From the IMG/VR virus record IMGVR_UViG_3300011443_000070: a stretch of DNA of 19,746 bases, one strand, 5' to 3'. The notes below the pieces were generated by a model. That model was given only the letters and a program-made list of their open reading frames with translations. It was not told the DNA's origin and did no database searches. This document shows, one piece after another, positions 1 through 7,418 of this stretch; position 1 is the first letter of the stretch; every line of letters begins with the position of its first letter. Both the position numbers and the translations under genes were made by a program. Source of the DNA: a virus.

Positions 1-123
1 CGCGCCACGTCGTGATCCGTGGTGTAGCACTGCACGAGGCAGCCGTGGTCGGTCGTCAGCGTGAGCGTCGTTTTGCCGGTCGTCTTCGAGCGCGTGCCCG
101 CCGTGATCGTCCCGGTCACCGCC
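1..123. repeat. Direct terminal repeat, copy 1 (identical to 19624-19746)
   Basis: Bases 1-123 (cgcgccacgtcgtgatccgt...cgtcccggtcaccgcc) reappear base for base at 19624-19746. The repeat lies inside a reading frame that stays open and in phase across the junction. Confidence 0.95.
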
Positions 124-872
124 GTTTTATGCACGAAGGGCTGCCACGTCTCGGGGATCTGTGCGTTGAGATTCGCCGCCGCGGCGGCGATCGCAGCCCC
201 CTCTGGAACGGCCGACTCCCGCCATCCGGTTGTTGATCGGTTGAGATTCGCCGGAGTCGCGGAGACTCCCAGCCCCGGATCGGCGATCACCGCGTCAGTC
301 ACGGCCGGCCCCGGCGAAGGCGTCAGGCTCTTATTCAAGGGCGGGGGCGAGCACTCACGCCCGAGGTCGACCGCCACGGGTTGCGCGCCCGGGATCGATT
401 CCACTTCGGATTCGTCGAGTGTGGACAGGCCGACGAGGGAGAGCGTCACGCGCCGCTTCGCCTTCGTCTCGCACTTCATCATCGCGTTGCTGCGCGCTTC
501 GCCTTTCAGCCCCGCAATCGGCACCGCGCCAATGGATTCGTCATGCCGCCCGTCGGGGAAGGACGCCCGCGCGGTGCAGACGTAGCAATCCTCGATGACT
601 TCGCGCGCCATGATCGTCACGCTGATCCCGTAGATCTTGCGCAGTTGATCGGTGCAGTTCCGCGTGGCGTAGAGGACTTCCTTTCCCGACAGCCGGATAT
701 ATTCAAACGGCTTCGTCAGGGGATTGAGGCCGACTGAATCGCAGACGGCGAACAGGTAGGAGCTTTTTTGCGCGCTGGTGAGCTGGGCGAGGTCGCCGCC
801 GAGCAGGACTTTGGCGATCACGTCGGGCGAGGGCAATTCTTTGGCCGGTGCGGGTAATGCGCTGTCTGCCAT
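1..872 (-). CDS. Red-beta/RecT-superfamily single-strand annealing protein, N-terminal 290 codons; continues at 19521-19623 through the terminal repeat
   Basis: ATG at 872-870 is preceded by GAGAGGAGG with a 5-nt spacer. My translation is MADSALPAPAKELPSPDVIAKVLLGGDLAQLTSAQKSSYLFAVCDSVGLNPLTKPFEYIRLSGKEVLYATRNCTDQLRKIYGISVTI...NAMMKCETKAKRRVTLSLVGL, open to base 1. The GLNP-x-TK and KxETKAKRR motifs resemble lambda Bet/RecT. It is missing from the ORF track because it has no stop inside the linear window. An alternative in-frame ATG lies at 971. Confidence 0.8.
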   Translation of the reverse strand, partial: MADSALPAPAKELPSPDVIAKVLLGGDLAQLTSAQKSSYLFAVCDSVGLNPLTKPFEYIRLSGKEVLYATRNCTDQLRKIYGISVTIMAREVIEDCYVCTARASFPDGRHDESIGAVPIAGLKGEARSNAMMKCETKAKRRVTLSLVGLSTLDESEVESIPGAQPVAVDLGRECSPPPLNKSLTPSPGPAVTDAVIADPGLGVSATPANLNRSTTGWRESAVPEGAAIAAAAANLNAQIPETWQPFVHKTAVTGTITAGTRSKTTGKTTLTLTTDHGCLVQCYTTDHDVA

Positions 873-971
873 CGGTGCCTCCTCTCGCCGCCGTGTCTCC
901 CGTTGCCGTTTGATGTCGAGTCCCGTCATGCGCTGCTGCACCGTGCGCATGTCGACGAACCGCCGGCCCAT

Positions 972-1046
972 CTAGCCGCGCAGAATCGTCGTCACGCCGT
1001 TAATCCGGGTCCACAACACGATGAGTTTTTTGGTATCCTGACGCAT
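972..1046 (-). CDS. 24-aa micro-ORF (MRQDTKKLIVLWTRINGVTTILRG), possible remnant of an Xis/AlpA-type HTH
   Basis: ATG at 1046, TAG at 974-972, followed directly by an in-frame ATG at 971. No convincing SD. Confidence 0.2.
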   Translation of the reverse strand: MRQDTKKLIVLWTRINGVTTILRG

Positions 1047-1150
1047 AGCTATTTCGTCCCTATCTTGTTGATGTGACGAGGTTTACACCTCATCCATTAT
1101 GAGACTCACCACGGGAAGGGCGCTGCGAGCAGACAGCCCCAGCCGTAGTG
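1047..1150 (-). promoter_or_regulatory. Non-coding gap upstream of the recombination gene
   Basis: 104 bp with no credible ORF, visibly AT-richer than the flanks (ctcataatggatgaggtgtaaacctcgtcacatcaacaagatagggacgaaatagct on the minus strand). I could not pick a clean -35/-10 pair. Confidence 0.25.
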
Positions 1151-1369
1151 TTATTTCGCCGCCTTCACGCGGGCACGATGCCGCCGCTGATATTCCGCCA
1201 TCTTCGACGGCGCCGGCGTATTCGGATCCTGTGGAGGCCGCCCGCCCTTCTTGCCATTCTCGCGCCCGCTCTTCGTCTTCGCGGCTGATTTCGCGAGGCC
1301 GCCCTTCCGTCCCAACATAGCGGCGGCCGCTGCGATGATGCGTTCTTCCGGTGTGGGCGTGACGGACAT
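1151..1369 (-). CDS. Small basic KGG-rich protein (72 aa from the ATG at 1369; the track gives an 85-aa version from 1408)
   Basis: MSVTPTPEERIIAAAAAMLGRKGGLAKSAAKTKSGRENGKKGGRPP...RRHRARVKAAK. The RKGG/KKGG pattern is typical of small phage or plasmid basic proteins. The longer start would overlap the candidate promoter. Confidence 0.55.
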   Translation of the reverse strand: MSVTPTPEERIIAAAAAMLGRKGGLAKSAAKTKSGRENGKKGGRPPQDPNTPAPSKMAEYQRRHRARVKAAK

Positions 1370-1378
1370 TACGGGCGT

Positions 1379-1408
1379 AGTATGCGCATGGCGGTTTGTT
1401 TTCGTCAA
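1379..1408 (-). promoter_or_regulatory. Candidate sigma70-like promoter for the KGG-protein gene
   Basis: Minus strand reads TTGACG (1408-1403), an 18-nt spacer, then CATACT (1384-1379). The ATG at 1369 lies 9 nt after the -10, implying a near-leaderless mRNA. This is sequence resemblance only. Confidence 0.25.
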
Positions 1409-1526
1409 GCGGGGGGCGTATCTTGGGGTATGCGCGAGGCGCTGTTACTAGACCTAGTGCTGGCGGCCATCGACGCGGGCGTCATTAATTGCGAGGCCGA
1501 TCTCGCGCGCCTCTACACCTGGCTGC

Positions 1527-1688
1527 TTAGGGCAACGTCACGCCGATCAGGCGCAACAGCAGGATCACAATCACGATCACGCCGACGACGCGCACGACGA
1601 CCTTAATCGGCGCCGGCATCGGGATCATGCTCTCGACGAGATAGATGATCACGCCGACGATCACGACGGCGAAGAGAATCGAGATCAT
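1527..1688 (-). CDS. 53-aa two-TM membrane protein (resembles Thivi_2564-type small membrane proteins); holin-like candidate
   Basis: Not in the ORF track. AGGAGG lies 5 nt before the ATG at 1688. Translation is MISILFAVVIVGVIIYLVESMIPMPAPIKVVVRVVGVIVIVILLLRLIGVTLP, with TAA at 1529-1527. It has two hydrophobic helices joined by a Pro-rich turn. Confidence 0.75.
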   Translation of the reverse strand: MISILFAVVIVGVIIYLVESMIPMPAPIKVVVRVVGVIVIVILLLRLIGVTLP

Positions 1689-1696
1689 GTCGCCTC

Positions 1697-1990
1697 CTAT
1701 TCTGACGGCCCGAAGCGTTCCGCGAATTCCTCCGCGCTGATGACTTCCGCCGCCGCGCCCGTATAGCGGTTACTGATCACCCAGTCGGTCAGCAGGAGCA
1801 CCGCCCAGCCGGTCGGCAGGAGCACGCGCGCCGCGCCGTCGTTGAAGAGCGGCGGCAACCCTTCGCCGGGACTCGGATCGATCACCGCGCCCACGGGCAG
1901 CTGCCCTTCCAGATATTGCTCGCCGTAGATCTTCAGCGGGCGTTCGGTGTGCGGTGCCTGGTTGCCTTGCGGCGGGAATGGTGCGGCCAT
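1697..1990 (-). CDS. Hypothetical protein, 97 aa, one hydrophobic segment (LLPTGWAVLLLTDWVI)
   Basis: ATG at 1990 is preceded by GGGAAGGGA. Amino-acid composition is normal. Its TAG stop overlaps the SD of the next gene. Confidence 0.6.
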   Translation of the reverse strand: MAAPFPPQGNQAPHTERPLKIYGEQYLEGQLPVGAVIDPSPGEGLPPLFNDGAARVLLPTGWAVLLLTDWVISNRYTGAAAEVISAEEFAERFGPSE

Positions 1991-2007
1991 CGGTGATCCC
2001 TTCCCTG

Positions 2008-2475
2008 TTAGGTGACGATGTAGGAGCCCTGAAAGATCAGCAGGACGCCGCTCATATTCGCGTTCGTGAGCTGCGTCCCCGTGGAGGCGTTCAGCACATA
2101 CACGGCCACGCCGCTTTGCGGCAAGTGGATCACCCGCGTCGGCCCGTAGGTCGTATGAAACCCGGCATTGATGCCCGTGTTGCTGAATGGGAGCCCGCCG
2201 AGAAACACCGCCGCGCCATTACTCGTCGTGGGAAACTGCACTTGCGCCCAGATCGTCAGTAGCCGGCCGCACTGCTGATACTGCCCGAGGCTCCCGGCCA
2301 GACTCAGCCCGGCCCCGCTCTGATCCGTGGGCGTCCACGTCTGCACGGGGCCAACGAGCTGGTCGATCGGATCCAAGAGCGTCGTCGCAATGGCGGCTTT
2401 ATTCCAGACCGAGCCGGTGAGGTTCGATCCGTCATCATCGACCAGGGCATTCCACGGGGCGCGATTAATCGCCAT
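2008..2475 (-). CDS. Tail fibre / receptor-binding-like protein, 155 aa
   Basis: TGATG overlap with the 997-aa gene. It sits last in the tail module. It is Gly/Thr/Asn-rich and looks beta-rich (…WNALVDDDGSNLTGSVWNKAAIATTLLDPID…). Function is inferred from position only. Confidence 0.5.
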   Translation of the reverse strand: MAINRAPWNALVDDDGSNLTGSVWNKAAIATTLLDPIDQLVGPVQTWTPTDQSGAGLSLAGSLGQYQQCGRLLTIWAQVQFPTTSNGAAVFLGGLPFSNTGINAGFHTTYGPTRVIHLPQSGVAVYVLNASTGTQLTNANMSGVLLIFQGSYIVT

Positions 2476-5468
2476 CAGGCATCCGCCTTTCGAATCAGCA
2501 TGCGTAAGACGGATTCCAGCGACGTGGAGTTATTGCTTGCCGTCACGGTGAACTTCGGCGCGAGCCCACGGATCCCCAGCTCCGTGATCCCGACATCCTG
2601 AATCGTCAGCGTCTCGTGTATCGCGGGCGTCGTTACGTTGATCGTGACGTCCTTGCCGCTTTTCGTTTTGAGGTCGCGCGACGCATAGGTGACCGTCGCG
2701 AGCGGCCGGCTGTAGAGCTGGAGCTGCGCATCGCACACTTGGATCAAGCTGGCTTCCGATCGCCGCTCGTCGCTCCAGATGTGCTCGTAGATGCCATCGC
2801 CGCCGCCATCGAGCGCCGCCATGTAGGCTTGCGCGGCGAGGTCGTCCCGCTGCACCCACACATGGATCGGACTGTTCCGGATGATCGCCTCGATCACGCC
2901 TGACACGCCGACGAGCGCGGGCGCCGCCGTGATCGTGCTGTTGTAGCTGATGCTGGCGACAATCGCGCCCGGGCCGCTCGCCGGGACGCCCGTCAGCGCC
3001 GTCGCGGTGCGCCCCGTATAGCGCACCACCTGATCGCCGTTCCCGATCACGGCCCACCCGCCCGTCGTGGCGAAGGGCGCGGCGTTCGCGACGATGATCG
3101 TCGTCGCACCCGCCGGCACTTGCCCGCTGGGTTGCACGAGGCCGGACGTGTCGACCGCCGGCGGGGGCGCGCCCAGCGCGCTATCGGGCACAAAGTCACT
3201 CGTCACCTGGGTCGTATTGTTCGTAAACGCCCCAAGGAATTGCAGTGGCGTGACGTTCGCTTTCGACCGATACAGGCGCCGGTCGATCACGCCGACGCCG
3301 CCCAAGGGGGCCGTGACCTGCACGGCATTCGCCACGGCGGTATTCACGCTCGGCAGATTCGCGCCGAGCGCCGCCGTCGCTTTCGTGTCCGTGTAGGTCG
3401 TCGCCGTGTTGTTCGCGATCGTGTCGACGAGCCGATACGCGGACTGCCCCGGCGAGAAGCGATACAGCCGGCGCGCGGTGACGTTCGCCGGGCCGGTGAC
3501 AATTCCCGCGACCGGGATCGTCTGATAGCTGGTGCCGCCCGACGTGTCGACCGTGGGCGCGGCCGCATTCGCCGCGACCGACGCCGTGGTGTCGATGTAG
3601 GACGCCGGGCTGTTATGGCCGATCGTGGTCAGCAGCCGGAACGTCGCGCCGTTATCGGAGCGGTAGACCTTCCGCCCGACCGCCCGCCCATCGGCCGATG
3701 TCGGCACCGTCACCGTGGCCGAATCGCCAGGGGGCGTGCCGATCGCGCCTTCCCCGGCCCGGACTGCGCCCAGACTCGCCTCGCTCGCCCCATCCCGATA
3801 AAACAAATTCGGCAGGTTATCGGGGATCGTCGTGACGAGGCGCCAGGTGCCCGCCGAGTACCGATAGAGTTTCCGTCCCGTGGTGCGAGCGTCGGGGCTG
3901 GTCGCCACATACCCCAAGACAATCCGCGTCAGCAGGGGATCCGGCGGGAGGTCCACCACAAGTTGCGGACCGAGGGCCGACTCATAGCCGCCCACGAGAA
4001 ACGACAGGGCATACGCATACACCTGATCCACGATCAGTTGTCCGCCGGATTCATAATCGACCGTCTGTGACACAAAGGTTGGCCCGGGCGGCACGCTGGG
4101 CGCGATCGACGCACTCGCCGCCCCCGGGAGCGTTTCCCCGCCCCCGGCGATCGTGACCGTCGTCTGATACCGATAGCTCACGCCGTTCGCGAGATTCCCC
4201 ACGACTTTCCGGAGCGTCGCACTCGTCGCACTGGGACTGGGGACGCTAGTTCCGATCGTCGTCGTCACCCCTTGCCACGCGGGCGGCGAATCGGTTTCCC
4301 CACTGGCCGTGACGAACGTCACCGCGTAATAGTGCGTCCCGGCATCGACGGCCCCGCCGGCTTGCACCGCCCCCGGCACCGGGGGCGCGCTGGGCGTGGC
4401 GGTGGCGCCGACCGTGATCGCCGCGATCGGCCCCGGCAGGGATTCGCCCGCCGCGGTGACGAACGTGTAGGCATACCGATGGACGCCGGATTCCACGCCC
4501 GCCGCATCGAGCAGGGCCAGCCCCGGCACGGCCGAGGGTGCCGCGCCCGGCCCCACGAGGCCGCCCCCGCCGCCGAGCTGGACGCCCGTATACGTCAGGA
4601 CGCGGGACGCCGCGCCTTCGGGCGTGATTCCCGCGATCGCTTGGCCGCCGACCGGATTGAACATCTCCCCGTTTTCGAGGGGCACGACATCGGTCGCCGC
4701 CGCAATCGACGCGACAATCCGCGTGCTCGCGCCCTTCCCGAATACTCTCGTTCTGACTTGCGACTTATCGAGTGCCCAGGTGATCTGCGGGTCGTGCAGG
4801 AAGCGCCCAGGCGTATCGTCGATCGGATCGGGAGATGGTCCCGGCGGTGTGACGAACAGGTAGAGCGTCTTGTTCTCGAAATACCAGTAGCCGCCGATCA
4901 GCTTCGCGAGCGCGGTGAGGCAGCCTTTCATGCCGCCTTCCGAGCCGTCGAAGTTAATCGAGACGGCCGGGAGGTTCGCTTCCACGCCCGTACTGGAGAA
5001 GCCCGGGGCGAAGCTCGCGATCAAGTCCGCCGCGATCGTGGATGCCGAGACGTTCACATACGGCCGCAGCGGGCGGCGCCGATTCGCCCGCGCGGTATCG
5101 TCGATCGCCGTGACCGGGTGCAGCACCGTCGCGGGCCGCCCCTTATAGGTGCGCTCGACCGTCTGGAGTTCGCCGTTGAAGAGCAGTTGCGGCGTGGTGC
5201 TGTTGATCCAGACTTCGATCGGCGCGCCCACATTCGGGGCCGCGCCGTAAATCGTCAGCGCGCATGTGTTCGGCGCATCGAACACGAGATCGCGGATGGT
5301 CATCGACTTGTAGATCACGCGCATCGCGCTGCCCGGCGCCGTCACATCGATCCCGCCGATGATGATGCGGATGTGCGACAGGCGATCGTGCGCCAGCGCC
5401 GCCGTTAGATAATTCAGGCGGAAGTTATTCAGCCGCGCGGTGCCGAGAACGGCTGGCTGATACGCCAT
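2475..5468 (-). CDS. Large distal-tail / host-recognition protein, 997 aa, with two internal tandem repeat arrays
   Basis: TGATG overlap with the tape-measure gene. It lies immediately downstream of the tape measure. The N- and C-terminal regions look like tail tip/hub modules (…VVRYTGRTATALTGVPASGPG…, …IYEHIWSDERRSEASLIQVCDAQLQLYSRPLATVTYASRDLKTKSGKDV…). The central 500 aa is repetitive. Confidence 0.7.
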   Translation of the reverse strand: MAYQPAVLGTARLNNFRLNYLTAALAHDRLSHIRIIIGGIDVTAPGSAMRVIYKSMTIRDLVFDAPNTCALTIYGAAPNVGAPIEVWINSTTPQLLFNGELQTVERTYKGRPATVLHPVTAIDDTARANRRRPLRPYVNVSASTIAADLIASFAPGFSSTGVEANLPAVSINFDGSEGGMKGCLTALAKLIGGYWYFENKTLYLFVTPPGPSPDPIDDTPGRFLHDPQITWALDKSQVRTRVFGKGASTRIVASIAAATDVVPLENGEMFNPVGGQAIAGITPEGAASRVLTYTGVQLGGGGGLVGPGAAPSAVPGLALLDAAGVESGVHRYAYTFVTAAGESLPGPIAAITVGATATPSAPPVPGAVQAGGAVDAGTHYYAVTFVTASGETDSPPAWQGVTTTIGTSVPSPSATSATLRKVVGNLANGVSYRYQTTVTIAGGGETLPGAASASIAPSVPPGPTFVSQTVDYESGGQLIVDQVYAYALSFLVGGYESALGPQLVVDLPPDPLLTRIVLGYVATSPDARTTGRKLYRYSAGTWRLVTTIPDNLPNLFYRDGASEASLGAVRAGEGAIGTPPGDSATVTVPTSADGRAVGRKVYRSDNGATFRLLTTIGHNSPASYIDTTASVAANAAAPTVDTSGGTSYQTIPVAGIVTGPANVTARRLYRFSPGQSAYRLVDTIANNTATTYTDTKATAALGANLPSVNTAVANAVQVTAPLGGVGVIDRRLYRSKANVTPLQFLGAFTNNTTQVTSDFVPDSALGAPPPAVDTSGLVQPSGQVPAGATTIIVANAAPFATTGGWAVIGNGDQVVRYTGRTATALTGVPASGPGAIVASISYNSTITAAPALVGVSGVIEAIIRNSPIHVWVQRDDLAAQAYMAALDGGGDGIYEHIWSDERRSEASLIQVCDAQLQLYSRPLATVTYASRDLKTKSGKDVTINVTTPAIHETLTIQDVGITELGIRGLAPKFTVTASNNSTSLESVLRMLIRKADA
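3189..3878 (-). repeat. Coding repeat array B in the 997-aa protein: four copies of the R-(K/R)-(L/V)-Y-R ... (L/V)-x-T-I-x-x-N ... Y-x-D motif
   Basis: Copies are GRKLYRYSAGTWRLVTTIPDNLPNLFYRD (aa 531), GRKVYRSDNGATFRLLTTIGHNSPASYIDT (598), ARRLYRFSPGQSAYRLVDTIANNTATTYTDT (665) and DRRLYRSKANVTPLQFLGAFTNNTTQVTSDF (729), spaced about 66 aa apart. Confidence 0.8.
3966..4481 (-). repeat. Coding repeat array A in the 997-aa protein: four copies of the Y-x-Y-x-(T/S)-F-(V/L)-x-x-x-G-E-(S/T) motif
   Basis: Copies are HRYAYTFVTAAGESLPGP (aa 330), HYYAVTFVTASGETDSPP (378), SYRYQTTVTIAGGGETLPGA (431) and VYAYALSFLVGGYESALGP (483), spaced about 50 aa apart. Confidence 0.8.
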
Positions 5469-6919
5469 CAGTTCACCAGCGAGCCGCGTTGAATCTGGCT
5501 GCTAATCGTCTCGCCGACTTTGCGCGCGAGCCCGTCCTGCGTGTCGACCATGTTGAACGTGTTCGTGATCGTCGGCGTGCGCTGCGCAAGGCCCATCGAC
5601 AGCGCCCACGTCAAAAAGTCTTTCGGCGGCCCGCCGCCAATTTGCCCGCCGAGCATGCCCCCGCTGGGATTCTTGCGTTGATATTCGGCGAACACCGCCT
5701 CAAAGCCGCCGAGGCCATAGGTGATATTCCCGGTGTTAATTGGGACTGGCGCGTTGCCCGGTGACATTTGCGTCATGCCCGGCGCCACCTTCGCGGCTTC
5801 GGTCACGCTACGAAACACCGTGTCCAGCTTTTCGATCTTCGGCACGATCGCGTCGACGGTGCCGCCGGTCAGTTCCAGCATGGTCTTAAATTGATCGCCG
5901 TTCTCCGCCGCCACGGCGAACTGTTGGCCAACCGTGCGCATCCACGTATCGAGGGATTGCGTCTTGGGTTCGAGGGCGGCGAGCGTCGTGAGCTGTTCTT
6001 TATAGGCTCTATCGAGCGCGTTGATCTGAATCGTCGACAGGTTGCCCGCCGTCGCGATCGTCGTGAGGGATTGCCCCATCGCGATATACGCCGTCGCCGT
6101 CGCGGCCGCCGCCGGCTCAATCGTTTTGAGGGTGTCGCGCCAGCCGCCGCCCGCTTGATTCAATTCAAGTTGCGCCGCGTTGACTTTCTTGATGTGCGCC
6201 TCTTCGGCTTCGTGCCAGCCCTTGAGGATCTTCGCGTTCTCGGTCGCGCGTTGGGTGTAATACTCGATTGCCTCCCGGCTGATCCCGTAGTGCTGCGCGA
6301 GCTGTTGCACCGTGGAACTATGGTTCTTGAGCTCCGCGGTGATCTGCGGCATATCCGCTTTATGCGCCGTGATCTCCCGGTTCCAATCGGCGACACGTTG
6401 CGCCCCGGTGTTGAAACTCTCGGCGACTTCTTGATTGTGTTTCTTAATGATCTGCATCGCCGTGTCGAAGTCTTTGATCTCCCGGCCGGCGATCTGCGTG
6501 GCACGGGTGAGCACGTCCATCCCCGCCGCCGCGCGTTCTGCCGTGAACCCAGACCACGTGTCGACCACGCCCGCGATCGCTTTATCGAGCCCCGTAAATT
6601 CAAGGGCCATCGTCGTGATCGCATAGGTCGCCGTGCCCACACTCGCCGCGAGCCCGAGCGATCCCCAGAGGCCGAGCTTCTCGAACGTGATGCCCGACAC
6701 GTTCCCCAGCTCCTGAATCGCCCGAATCTGCGGGCCAATGTGGACCCCGAGCGCGGCGAGGGTTTTATCCGCCACGCCCAAGCCTTCGCTGAACTCGCCC
6801 ATCGCGCTGTCGGTATGCCCCGACGCGCTTTCGAGATCCTTTAACTTCACGACGGACTTATCGATCTCGAAGTGGAAGTCGGAGAAATCCGCCGTCATGA
6901 CGCCGGAGAGTTGCGCCAT
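5468..6919 (-). CDS. Tape measure protein, 483 aa
   Basis: It lies between the chaperone pair and the tail tip protein. The sequence is long, looks helical and is rich in Ala, Gln, Thr and Glu. It has a hydrophobic stretch (WGSLGLAASVGTATYAITTMAL) and a Gly-rich C-terminal region. Confidence 0.75.
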   Translation of the reverse strand: MAQLSGVMTADFSDFHFEIDKSVVKLKDLESASGHTDSAMGEFSEGLGVADKTLAALGVHIGPQIRAIQELGNVSGITFEKLGLWGSLGLAASVGTATYAITTMALEFTGLDKAIAGVVDTWSGFTAERAAAGMDVLTRATQIAGREIKDFDTAMQIIKKHNQEVAESFNTGAQRVADWNREITAHKADMPQITAELKNHSSTVQQLAQHYGISREAIEYYTQRATENAKILKGWHEAEEAHIKKVNAAQLELNQAGGGWRDTLKTIEPAAAATATAYIAMGQSLTTIATAGNLSTIQINALDRAYKEQLTTLAALEPKTQSLDTWMRTVGQQFAVAAENGDQFKTMLELTGGTVDAIVPKIEKLDTVFRSVTEAAKVAPGMTQMSPGNAPVPINTGNITYGLGGFEAVFAEYQRKNPSGGMLGGQIGGGPPKDFLTWALSMGLAQRTPTITNTFNMVDTQDGLARKVGETISSQIQRGSLVN

Positions 6920-7053
6920 TAAACGAGCGCCCCCTGATCCTGCTGGCGCGCCAGCACATCTTCGATCAGCACTTCATACACGGCTTGCGGCAACGCGCGG
7001 ATGTCGTCGTAACTCATGCCCATGATCTTGCACAGCGCGAGTGTGGTTCTCAT
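6919..7053 (-). CDS. 44-aa ORF in the -1 frame of the chaperone gene (T part of a G/GT-type pair)
   Basis: Not in the track. ATG at 7053 overlaps the TGA of the 118-aa gene (ATGA). Translation is MRTTLALCKIMGMSYDDIRALPQAVYEVLIEDVLARQQDQGALV. Its TAA overlaps the tape-measure ATG (TAATG). Confidence 0.6.
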   Translation of the reverse strand: MRTTLALCKIMGMSYDDIRALPQAVYEVLIEDVLARQQDQGALV

Positions 7054-7406
7054 GCGGTCACGGGTTCGGGGATTGTTTTTTTTTCCTCGACGGCGCGGCG
7101 ATTCGCGCGCAAGTGCGGCGCGAGCGCCTCGACGATCTCGTCCATCGTCGCCGTGTCGAGGTTGCGCAACGTCGCGCGCCGTTCGTCGACGGATTGCATC
7201 GGGCTGTAGGGAATCGGTTCGTTGCCCGCGCCGACGAACGACCAGCCGACGAGATACGCGAGGATCACCGGCAACGTGCGGGGCGCGGGTTCGGCTTCGA
7301 GGTCGAGCCCTTCGCCCGCGTTCAATTCTTTTTTGACGGTAATGAAGTCACCGTCCGAGAGCGGTAACCGCACCGACTCGGGCGTGACCATCCGACAGCG
7401 ACCCAT
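7050..7406 (-). CDS. Tail assembly chaperone (gpG-like), 118 aa
   Basis: AGGAGG lies 8 nt upstream of the ATG at 7406. It sits directly upstream of the tape measure. The N-terminal motif (LPLSDGDFITVKKELNAGE) resembles tail assembly chaperones, and the tail is acidic. Confidence 0.65.
   Translation of the reverse strand: MGRCRMVTPESVRLPLSDGDFITVKKELNAGEGLDLEAEPAPRTLPVILAYLVGWSFVGAGNEPIPYSPMQSVDERRATLRNLDTATMDEIVEALAPHLRANRRAVEEKKTIPEPVTA
7076..7084 (-). promoter_or_regulatory. Candidate -1 programmed frameshift site (A9 run on the minus strand)
   Basis: The zero frame reads GAG GAA AAA AAA ACA (E107 E108 K109 K110 T111). The heptamer A AAA AAA spans 7083-7077. The -1 frame is open from here (NNPRTRDR) into the 44-aa ORF, predicting a 162-aa fusion. 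Confidence 0.6.
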
Positions 7407-7418
7407 AAGACTCGCCTC

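Noticed and set aside
1-123. Terminal repeats read as IS/transposon ends, LTRs or attL/attR
   Set aside because: The repeats are direct, exact, and sit in the middle of a coding sequence that is restored in frame by circularisation. There is no transposase or integrase. This is the signature of a circular or terminally redundant genome in a linear representation.
1382-1606. Plus-strand 74-aa ORF, the only plus-strand ORF starting in a gap
   Set aside because: Its C-terminal half (SRRSGATAGSQSRSRRRRARRP) is antisense to the well-supported 53-aa membrane gene, which has an AGGAGG SD. There is no SD of its own. It is probably non-coding spacer.
2530-3057. Minus-strand 175-aa ORF nested out of frame in the 997-aa gene, plus the similar nested ORFs 6160..6738, 7574..8101, 11011..11640 and 14720..15229
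   Set aside because: They are out-of-frame overlaps with Arg/Gly/Asp-rich low-complexity translations, no SD and no motifs.
3189-4481. Tandem repeats in the 997-aa gene as a CRISPR array or as DGR variable/template repeats
   Set aside because: The repeats are degenerate at DNA level, in frame, and conserved only as amino-acid motifs. There are no short identical direct repeats with unique spacers. No reverse transcriptase gene and no second near-identical template copy occur anywhere in the genome.
3120-5408. Long plus-strand ORFs 3120..4070 (316 aa) and 4272..5408 (378 aa), and the similar 5768..6844, 7678..8901, 9784..10680, 10821..11525, 12648..13484, 14196..15116 and 16675..17640
   Set aside because: They are extremely Arg/Pro/Gly/His-rich with no recognisable motifs. 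Each lies antisense to a minus-strand gene with strong family signatures. These are typical shadow ORFs of GC-rich DNA.
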